Source: an uncultured delta proteobacterium
GTDB lineage: Bacteria > Myxococcota_A > Polyangia > Polyangiales > JAFGIB01
DNA length: 64,000 nt
NCBI GenBank assembly: GCA_963778655.1
Contig: CAVZVA010000008.1
Location: 32,001 to 96,000, forward strand
Direction of reading: 5' to 3'
Shown here piece after piece: positions 56,699-64,000 of this stretch. The stretch's first letter is position 1. Each line of letters opens with the position of its first letter. The notes under the pieces are model-generated. The model was not told the DNA's origin and ran no database searches. It worked only from the letters and a program-made list of their open reading frames with translations. A program made the translations under genes and the position numbers.

Positions 56699-58632
56699 GG
56701 CGCACCTTTGCGCGCGATCTCGGGGCTCACGCCCGGGGCCGCTGCCGCGCGCGCGCCCATCGACATGTGCTGCAGCGCCTCCACGCGCCCCCCGCCGCGG
56801 ATGCGCAGCCCGGCGTCGATGCGCGCGTCGATCAGCGCCGGGCCGCCGGCCGATAGCAGCTCCTGCACCAGCGCAGCGTCGATCTGCCCGGGGGCCGTGA
56901 TGGCGACCGCGGGCATGCCAAACGCCGAGGCCCAGGTGGTGAAGTCCACGTGCGGCATGGCATAGTCCTCGGCCTGGCCGAAGATCTGGCGCATGCCGTG
57001 GTGGACCATGTTGTAGCGGCCGTCGTTGAACACCACGAACAGGATCGGCAACCGCTCGCGCATCGCCAGCAGCGCCTCCATCCCGGCCATGTGCATGCCT
57101 CCGTCGCCTGCGATGCACACCACCGGGCGCAGCTCGTCGGCCAGCGCCAGCCCGATCGCGCCTGCGATGCCCGAGCCCATGCTGCCCAGATTCAGCTGCA
57201 CGTGGAAGTGGTCGGGCGTGGTCGCCGTCAGGTAGTGCAGCGCGTACAGCATGTGCTCGCCGATGTCGGTGACGAAACGCGCCTCGGGCCCGACGGCGGC
57301 CTCCAGATCGCAGATCAGGCGGTGGGGCGCGATCGGCAGCGCGTCGTCGCTCGCGGCCCCGGGCTGGTCGAAGGGGGATTGCGCGCGCGCCCTGCGCAGA
57401 GCCGCGTGCGCTGCGGCGTTCAGCAGGCCGTCGTGCTCGAACGCGCTCGCCAGCGCCACCGCGAACGCACCCACGTCGGCGGTCACGCCGAGCGCCGTGC
57501 TCAGGTTGCGGCCGAACACGCGCGCGTCGAGATCGACGTGGACCAGGCGGCCGCCCGCGCCGAGATAGGGCGTGGGTCCGACCGAGGTGTCGTCGAGGTC
57601 GGTGCCCAGCGCCAGGCACACGTCGACCGGCTCGGAGGTGTAGCGCCGCGCCCAGCATGACGCCGCCATGCCCCCGTTGCGTAGCGAGCGCGGATGACGC
57701 TCGCTGACCAGGCCCTTGGCGCGCGGCGTGGTCACGAACGGCACGTTGGTGGCGTCGGCCATGCGGCGTAGCGCCGCCTCGTGCCCGCGGCACCCGGCGC
57801 CGATCACGATCAGCGGCCGCTTCGCCCGCGCCAGCCATTCGGCCGTGAGGGCCACGCTCGCTTCGGGCGGAGCGCCCACGAGCGGGCGTGTGGCCTCGCG
57901 CAGCTCGGTCGGTTCGCATGGCTCCATCGCTCGGTCGAGCGGCAACACGAACAGCGCAGGCCCCGGGTGCAGCGGATCGCTGGCCACCTGCAGCGCGGCC
58001 AGCGCCTGGCTCACCACGCTGCGGCCGTGCGCCGCTCGCACGCGGATGCGCGTGATCGGCTCGAGGATCGATTCGATCGCGATGCCTTCCGGCCCCGAGT
58101 CTTGCGCCAGCCGGCGACCGCTGCTGGACCAGGCCACGTCGCCCGCGATCACCAGCATCGGCACCCGCTCGAGGCTCGCCGAGGCGATCCCGGTCACCGC
58201 GTTGGTGACGCCGGGACCCGCGGTCACCACCACTGCGGGCACCCGCCCGCTGGCCCGGTGGTAGAGCGCGGCCGCGAATGCGGCGTGGTTCTCATGACGC
58301 GACTCAATCAAGCGCGCGCCCGCGCTCAAGCGGATGGCCTCGAAGACGGGGCATACCGGTCCGCCCGGAATGCCGAAGAAGGTGTCCACGCCGCGCTCGA
58401 CCAGCGCTTCGACCAGCCGGCGCGCCGCCGCATCCGGGGCCAAGCTCGAGCTTGCAGCCGGCGCCTGCGAGCGGGCGCGCGGCAGGGCGGACACGACGCT
58501 GGGGGGGAGCGCGCCGCCGCGCGCGATCTCGCGAAAATCAGAGTCGCGCTGCGGGCGGGCCGCCTGCTCGTCCGAGGTTTCCTCGATAACAGGAACAGGA
58601 CGCGCGGTCCCGGCGGAATCTTTGGCCGACAT
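56695..58632 (-). CDS. ThDP-dependent enzyme (acetolactate synthase-like)
   Basis: FFGIPGG, RHE, TAGPG.TN, DIGEH, GSMGSG, GDGG..M, VFNDGRYNMV. Confidence 0.92.
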   Translation of the reverse strand: MSAKDSAGTARPVPVIEETSDEQAARPQRDSDFREIARGGALPPSVVSALPRARSQAPAASSSLAPDAAARRLVEALVERGVDTFFGIPGGPVCPVFEAIRLSAGARLIESRHENHAAFAAALYHRASGRVPAVVVTAGPGVTNAVTGIASASLERVPMLVIAGDVAWSSSGRRLAQDSGPEGIAIESILEPITRIRVRAAHGRSVVSQALAALQVASDPLHPGPALFVLPLDRAMEPCEPTELREATRPLVGAPPEASVALTAEWLARAKRPLIVIGAGCRGHEAALRRMADATNVPFVTTPRAKGLVSERHPRSLRNGGMAASCWARRYTSEPVDVCLALGTDLDDTSVGPTPYLGAGGRLVHVDLDARVFGRNLSTALGVTADVGAFAVALASAFEHDGLLNAAAHAALRRARAQSPFDQPGAASDDALPIAPHRLICDLEAAVGPEARFVTDIGEHMLYALHYLTATTPDHFHVQLNLGSMGSGIAGAIGLALADELRPVVCIAGDGGMHMAGMEALLAMRERLPILFVVFNDGRYNMVHHGMRQIFGQAEDYAMPHVDFTTWASAFGMPAVAITAPGQIDAALVQELLSAGGPALIDARIDAGLRIRGGGRVEALQHMSMGARAAAAPGVSPEIARKGAP

Positions 58633-58794
58633 TAAGCTACTCCAGATTGGGGGCCGGCCGCCGCCGTCTCGGGCGAGAGCTGCCTACCCAAGGCCCGCCG
58701 ACCGTATCCAAAACGACGTGGGTACGCTACCCCCCTACATCGATCCAGACTACCCACATAGGAATACGTTTGCGCCACGGCCGGCATGCGGGCG

Positions 58795-59388
58795 CTACCA
58801 GCGCAGGATGTGCCTGCCGCTGAAGCGGGTCTCCAATACGACCTCGGTCCGGACCGGCACCGACACTGCGTCGAAGGTCCCCTGTGCCGCGCCCAGCAGA
58901 TACGACTCGATCCACACGTACTCCTCCACCATCGACATCACAGCAGTGCGCTCCTCGGGAAAGCTCAGCTCCCAGGATCCGTAGGTGAAGCTCTGCCGGC
59001 GCGCTGCGGCGCCTTGCTGCAGCAGCTTCTTGGGGTCGCGCGAGAGCAGCCGCAGCAACGCGCGGCCGACCAGGCTCTCGGCAAAGCCCACCGCGTTGCG
59101 CCGGCCGATCTCGAACATGCCCTCGTGGACCCGCCCCGGGCTGGTCAGCAGCGCTCCGCCCACCGCGAGTCGGGTCATGAAGTCAGCCAGCGGATACCAA
59201 AGCACTGCGGTGAAGCGCCCCGGGAACATCGAGCGGTAGCGCTCGAGCTGGTGCGCGCGCTCGAGCACCGATTCGATGTTGCGGAAGTACAGGCCGCGCA
59301 CCCGGGCCGAGGGGGGCAGGATGGTCAGCCGCTCGGCCAGATCGCAGTAGCGGCACACCTCCTCCACGACTGCGCTGCGGTCACTCAC
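58795..59388 (-). CDS. DUF2378/TIGR02265 myxobacterial family protein
   Basis: RVRGLYF, WYPLADF, IGRR..F.ES.VGR, YG, RW C-terminus; start estimated. Confidence 0.75.
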   Translation of the reverse strand: MSDRSAVVEEVCRYCDLAERLTILPPSARVRGLYFRNIESVLERAHQLERYRSMFPGRFTAVLWYPLADFMTRLAVGGALLTSPGRVHEGMFEIGRRNAVGFAESLVGRALLRLLSRDPKKLLQQGAAARRQSFTYGSWELSFPEERTAVMSMVEEYVWIESYLLGAAQGTFDAVSVPVRTEVVLETRFSGRHILRW

Positions 59389-59551
59389 GCACCGCAGCAT
59401 ACATGGCAGCGCTAGCCAAACCAGGGGGGGCCGAGCCCGACCAGCCGACCCATGATGAGCGCAACTTGCCTCGCGCGGTGTGAGGACTGTAACTATGCTC
59501 AGCCCGCGGCCGGGCGGCTGGCGTCGGCCCGCCCCCGCAGATCGATCCAGC

Positions 59552-60802
59552 ATGACCGACAGAGCCCCCAACCATCCTCCCGCGCGAGGGCCGCTCCACG
59601 GCTATCGCATCATCGACATGACCGCGGTGGTCGCCGGCCCCTACGCGACCCAGACCCTCGGCGACCTCGGCGCCGACGTGATCAAGGTCGAGAGCAAGGA
59701 GGGCGACCTGATGCGCAGCTCGGGCCCGTACCGCCGGCACCGCGACATGGCCGCGTTGTACCTCAACATCAACCGCAACAAGCGCTCGGTCGCGCTCGAC
59801 CTCAAGGCCGACTCCGCCAAGCAGGTGATGCGCACGCTGATCGCGGGCGCGGACGCGTTCATCACCAACACCCGCCCCCAGGCGCTCGCGCGGCTCGGCT
59901 TCGACTACGCGGCGGTATGCGCGCTGCGCCCAGACATCGTGTACGTGCACCTGACCGGGTTCGGTTCGGGCGGGGCGTACGCGGGCCGCCAGGCCTACGA
60001 CGACCTGGTGCAGGCCGCCGCCGGTATGGCCGACCTGCAGCCCAAGGCGGACCGCGGCGGCGAGCCGCGCTTCCTGCCCACCCTGGTCGCCGACAAGACC
60101 GCCGCGCTGCACGCGGTCTACGGACTGATCGCGGCTTTGCTCCACCGCGAGCGCACCGGCGAGGGCCAGTTGGTGGAAGTGCCGATGCTGGAGAGCGTGG
60201 CCGCGTTCACGCTGGTCGAGCACCTCTACGGGCACGTGCATCAGCCGCCGACCGGGCAGCTGGGCTACACCCGCGTGCTCACGCCCAACCGCCGGCCGTT
60301 TCGCACCCGCGACGGTTACATCGCGATCATGCCCTACAACGATCGCCACTGGCCGCTGTTCTTCGAGGTCGCCGGACAGCCCGAGCTGTGGACGCGCTGG
60401 CGCAACACCACGCGCCAGGATCGCAATCAGCACATCGACGAGCTGTACGCAACCGTCGGCAGCGTGACCCAGAGCAAGACCACCGCGGAGTGGATGGAGC
60501 TGCTCGATCGTCACGACATCCCCTGCATGCGGGTCAACAAGCTCGAGGATCTGGAGCGCGACGAGCACCTCGCGGCCAGCGGCTTCTTCGAGACGCACGA
60601 GCATCCCAGCGAGCAGCGCTATCTGGCTCTGCGCCACCCGGTGCGCTTCTCTCGCTGCCAGACGCCGCTGCGGCTGCACGCGCCGCGCCTGGGCCAGGAC
60701 GGCCGCGAGGTGCTGGTCGAGATCGGCGTGAGCCCGGAGCAGGTGGACGCTCTGCTCCAGGAAGGCGCGCTGCTGCTTCCCAGGCCCGACGAGCCGGACT
60801 GA
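59552..60802 (+). CDS. CaiB/BaiF family III CoA-transferase
   Basis: GPYATQTLGDLGADVIKVE, NRNKRSVALDLK, TGFG, AYD..VQA, APRLGQ. Confidence 0.94.
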   Translation: MTDRAPNHPPARGPLHGYRIIDMTAVVAGPYATQTLGDLGADVIKVESKEGDLMRSSGPYRRHRDMAALYLNINRNKRSVALDLKADSAKQVMRTLIAGADAFITNTRPQALARLGFDYAAVCALRPDIVYVHLTGFGSGGAYAGRQAYDDLVQAAAGMADLQPKADRGGEPRFLPTLVADKTAALHAVYGLIAALLHRERTGEGQLVEVPMLESVAAFTLVEHLYGHVHQPPTGQLGYTRVLTPNRRPFRTRDGYIAIMPYNDRHWPLFFEVAGQPELWTRWRNTTRQDRNQHIDELYATVGSVTQSKTTAEWMELLDRHDIPCMRVNKLEDLERDEHLAASGFFETHEHPSEQRYLALRHPVRFSRCQTPLRLHAPRLGQDGREVLVEIGVSPEQVDALLQEGALLLPRPDEPD

Positions 60803-60822
60803 GGGCCGACGAAGCCAGCTGG

Positions 60823-61764
60823 TCAGCGCGCAGTGGGGCGGCACGCCTCGCGCACGCGCTCGGCCAGCGCGCGCACGAATAGCGGGTGGTCGTTGACGGT
60901 GCGCGCGCGCGCGAGCGCGACCCCGAGCTCGCGTGCATGCTGCGCGGCCTCGACATCGAGGTCGTAGAGCACCTCGACATGATCGCATACGAAGCCGATC
61001 GGGCACAGCACAAGCGCGCGGGTTCCGAGCGCGGCCTGCTCGCGGATCACCTGGTTGATGTCCGGCTCGAGCCAGGGGTCGCGCGGCGCGCCGCTGCGGC
61101 TCTGGTATGCGATCAGATGGCGCTCGCGTCCCAGCGCCGCCGCTACCAGCTCCGCGCTCACCTGCAGCTGCGCGACGTAGGGCGAGCGCTCCGCGACCGC
61201 CACCGGAATGCTGTGCGCGGTGAAAACCAGCAGCCCGGGCTTGCCCGCGGGCAGCGTGGCCTCGGCCGCGCGCACCTGCTCGACGTTGGCCGCGATGAAG
61301 CCAGGGTGATCGTGGAAGCCGCTGGTATAGCCGATCGCCGGCGCGTCCTCGCCCAGCTCGCCGAGCGCGGCCTGCAGCGCCTCGCGGTAGCGGCCGTGGC
61401 TGGCCGGGCTCTCGTGGGCCGCCATGATCACGCACAACACGCGCGCTGCGCCCTGCGCCCGCGCGTCGCGCAAGGCGCCGGCCAGCGCCGGCGCCGAGTT
61501 GCGCATGCCCACCCGCACCGGCAGCGCGGGCCCGTTCGCCGCCAACTCGGCCTGCAACGCGGCCGCCTGCGCGCGCGTGATCTCGCCGAGCGGCGAGCGC
61601 CCGCCGATCACCTGGTAGTGCCGCACCACCTCCTCGAAGCGCGCCTCGGGCACCGGCCGCCCCGCGAGCACGCGCCGCAAGAACGGCCGCACCTCGCCGG
61701 CGCTCTCCGGTCCCCCGAACGCGACCAGCATCACCGCGTCGTAGGCTGTCGTCGAGGAGGGCAT
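60823..61764 (-). CDS. hemH: Ferrochelatase
   Basis: FGGPE, GGRSP, FTAHSIP, YQSRSG, WLEPD, FVCDHVEVLYDLD. Confidence 0.94.
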   Translation of the reverse strand: MPSSTTAYDAVMLVAFGGPESAGEVRPFLRRVLAGRPVPEARFEEVVRHYQVIGGRSPLGEITRAQAAALQAELAANGPALPVRVGMRNSAPALAGALRDARAQGAARVLCVIMAAHESPASHGRYREALQAALGELGEDAPAIGYTSGFHDHPGFIAANVEQVRAAEATLPAGKPGLLVFTAHSIPVAVAERSPYVAQLQVSAELVAAALGRERHLIAYQSRSGAPRDPWLEPDINQVIREQAALGTRALVLCPIGFVCDHVEVLYDLDVEAAQHARELGVALARARTVNDHPLFVRALAERVREACRPTAR

Positions 61765-61789
61765 GGCCCCCTTGGTAGCACTTTTCGGA

Positions 61790-61860
61790 TCACGGCAAGA
61801 CGGGGAGACGCGAAGAAATCTCAGTCAGGAGACTTCCTCCGAGCTTCTCGCCTTCCTGTT
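61790..61860. repeat. Degenerate family-B palindromic repeat between hemE and hemH
   Basis: cacggcaagacggggagacgcgaag ... cttctcgccttcctgtt. Confidence 0.5.
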
Positions 61861-61871
61861 TCCGCTCCCGC

Positions 61872-62897
61872 TCATCGCCGGGCGCTGGCTTCGTGCACGT
61901 AGTCCACCAGCGCCTTGACCTGATCCACGCTGGCGCTGGGGAAGATGCCGTGGCCGAGGTTGAACACGTGCCCGGGTCGGCCCGCGGCCTTGTCGAGCAC
62001 TGCCTGCGCACGCGTCTGCAGCTGCGCGCGCGGAGCCAGCAGCGAGCCCGGATCGAGGTTGCCCATGACCGCGACCTCGCCCAGCTCGCGCCAACACGCG
62101 CCGAGGTCGGCGCGGAAGTCGAGCCCGATCACGTCGCCGCCGGCCTGCGCCATCAGCGGATAGAGCGCCGGATTGCCGGTCCCGAAGTGGATCACCGGCA
62201 CGGAGGAGGGCAAGCCCGAAAGCAGCCGCCGCATGTGCGGCTGCACGTAGCGCACGTAGTCGTCGGGGCCGAGCGCGCCGATCCAGCTGTCGAAGACCTG
62301 CAGCACCTGCGCGCCCGCCTCGACCTGCGCGCGCAGGTAGTCGGCGACCGCGTCGGTTAGCTTGGTCATCAGCGCGTTCCAGGCGCCCTCGTTGCCCAGC
62401 ATCAGCTGCTTGGTGTGCAGGTAGTCACGCGAGCCGCCGCCCTCGATCACGTACGACGCCAGCGTAAACGGCGCGCCGGCGAAGCCGATCAGCGGCACCT
62501 TGCCTGAGAGCTCCGCGCGCACCAAACGCAGCGCCTCCATCACGAAGCCGAGCGAGCTCTTGGCGTCGATGCGCTCGGCCACCGCATCGATCGCCTCGGC
62601 CGTGCGCAGCGGCTTCGCGATCCGCGGCCCGTCCCCGGCGGTGAATTCGAAACCGATTCCCAGCGGCTCGAGCACCAGCAGGATGTCGGCGAAGATGATC
62701 GCGGCGTCCACGCCCAGCTGGCGCACCGGCAGCAGCGTGACCTCGGCCGCGACCTCGGGCCGCGTGCACATCTCGATGAAGCTCAGCTTCTCGCGCAGCG
62801 CGCGGTACTCGGGCTGGTAGCGCCCGGCCTGGCGCATGATCCAGATCGGCGTGAAGGCCGTCGGCTCCCGCCGGCAGGCGCGCAGCAGCTCGCTCAT
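61872..62897 (-). CDS. hemE: Uroporphyrinogen decarboxylase
   Basis: PIWIMRQAGRY, DAAIIFADIL, IGFAGAPFTLASY, QVFDSW, GNLDP, FNLGHG. Confidence 0.97.
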   Translation of the reverse strand: MSELLRACRREPTAFTPIWIMRQAGRYQPEYRALREKLSFIEMCTRPEVAAEVTLLPVRQLGVDAAIIFADILLVLEPLGIGFEFTAGDGPRIAKPLRTAEAIDAVAERIDAKSSLGFVMEALRLVRAELSGKVPLIGFAGAPFTLASYVIEGGGSRDYLHTKQLMLGNEGAWNALMTKLTDAVADYLRAQVEAGAQVLQVFDSWIGALGPDDYVRYVQPHMRRLLSGLPSSVPVIHFGTGNPALYPLMAQAGGDVIGLDFRADLGACWRELGEVAVMGNLDPGSLLAPRAQLQTRAQAVLDKAAGRPGHVFNLGHGIFPSASVDQVKALVDYVHEASARR

Positions 62898-62898
62898 G

Positions 62899-63087
62899 TC
62901 ACTCGTCTCCGGCGCTGGGCGCGGGCTTGCCGTCACCGTCGAGGTCGAACAGCGGCTCGCTCACCACGTAGCGCTGGTTGAGCCAGCCGTGCAGGTCGGC
63001 CAGCTTGCAGCGCCGCGAGCAGAACGGGAAGGGCGGCTCGAACGCGTCCTGCGGCAACGCGCGCTTGCAGATGGGGCAACGAGACAC
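62899..63087 (-). CDS. yacG: DNA gyrase inhibitor YacG
   Basis: CPIC..PFCSRRCKLADLHGWL..Y. Confidence 0.9.
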   Translation of the reverse strand: MSRCPICKRALPQDAFEPPFPFCSRRCKLADLHGWLNQRYVVSEPLFDLDGDGKPAPSAGDE

Positions 63088-63147
63088 GGCCGCCCAGCTT
63101 ACACCAAGCGCGGGCGCGCGGCAGGCGCGGCGGGCGCGGCGGGCGGG

Positions 63148-63999
63148 TCAGAACCCGCGTCGGCGTCCGGCTCCGGCCGGGCCGTCGGCTTGCGGGTTGG
63201 CCAGGGCCAGGCGCATCACCGCCAGCGCGCGATCCGACAGGCTGCGCAGCTCGGCCTCGAGCGCGTCCCCGGTCTGGGCCGCTTCGCCTGCCGCGAGCGC
63301 TTCGCCGGCCCCGGCCGCGTCCTGCACGGGCGCGCCCGGGTCGGCGTCGGGCAGCGCCGGCTGCGGCGCGTAGTCCGGGCGCTGGCCTGGCCCGCTGCGG
63401 TCGACCCAATAGAACGACCTGTCCCGCACGTCCACGTGCACGAAGGTGCTGTTGGGGTAGTAGCCGACGCCGGTCCCCTCGAGCCCGCGCGCGAGCTCGC
63501 TGAGCGCGGCGTTGTCCACGCCGTCCACGCGCAGATCGAGCGCACCGCCGTGGCGATGCCGGCTACCTGGGTTGGCGTTGGGACGGTAGCCGGAGACGAT
63601 CTCGAGCACCCGCCCCGGAAAGTGATCGGCGATACGCTGCAGGCGCGTGAGCAGCCCGGGGTCGAGCAGCACCACGGCAGGCGTGGCCGCGGCGCCCGCC
63701 TCGGCGGCAGCCGGCCCGGCGGTGGGGAGCGGCTGCGCCAGCATGCTCAGTGGCGCAAGCGCTGCGGGATTGGGCTGCCCGTCGCAATCGGTCAAGCTCA
63801 CGACCAGCGGACCCGGGCGACCGACGCGCTGCACCACCACCGGCGCGGCCAGGCAGGCCGGCGCCCGTGCTGCCGCGGGCTCGGCGGCGCGCGGCTGGCC
63901 CACGGCCGGCTCTGCGCTCGCGGGCTCGGGAGCCACGGCGGCTGCGGACGGTTCCAAGCTGCCAGGCTCGGCTTGCTCGCTGGGCTCGGCCTGCTCGCT
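63148..63999 (-). CDS. YcbK/DUF882 (peptidase M15-like) protein, 5' end outside window
   Basis: LDP.LL..L, IVSGYR, SRH..G.ALD, GVGYYP..FVHVDVR; frame open to window edge. Confidence 0.85.
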   Translation of the reverse strand, partial: SEQAEPSEQAEPGSLEPSAAAVAPEPASAEPAVGQPRAAEPAAARAPACLAAPVVVQRVGRPGPLVVSLTDCDGQPNPAALAPLSMLAQPLPTAGPAAAEAGAAATPAVVLLDPGLLTRLQRIADHFPGRVLEIVSGYRPNANPGSRHRHGGALDLRVDGVDNAALSELARGLEGTGVGYYPNSTFVHVDVRDRSFYWVDRSGPGQRPDYAPQPALPDADPGAPVQDAAGAGEALAAGEAAQTGDALEAELRSLSDRALAVMRLALANPQADGPAGAGRRRGF

Positions 64000-64000
64000 G

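Overview
Very GC-rich chromosomal window, most likely Myxococcota (Polyangiales-like). Markers are MglC- and SgmX-like polarity proteins, a DUF2378/TIGR02265 protein and a Ser/Thr kinase-STAND-type fusion. About 48 credible CDSs: housekeeping genes (ygiQ, accC, gloA, recCBD, nuoD, aroQ, pgeF, folC, hemE, hemH, yacG) plus lipid and redox enzymes. I see no integrase, transposase, prophage or CRISPR-Cas. Main points of interest: (1) an intact tRNA-Leu with the anticodon AAG, rare in bacteria; (2) a Proteobacteria-like minCDE operon bracketed by a diverged 82-bp duplication of the gloA 5' end, resembling an insertion scar; (3) a DUF2378 / ThDP enzyme / non-canonical KAS III / soluble hybrid kinase cassette that could make and sense a small molecule; (4) an uncharacterised PTPS-like / RibD / GT4 / CDP-alcohol transferase / sulfatase-fold cluster; (5) an RHH-Zn-finger gene with matching TGTAnTACA sites at its own start and in the ABC1 kinase promoter; (6) a QLDLF clamp-binding motif in a RecD insertion; (7) two families of intergenic palindromic repeats, including a perfect 123-bp x3.8 array. 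All calls come from reading motifs by eye, and start codons are best estimates.
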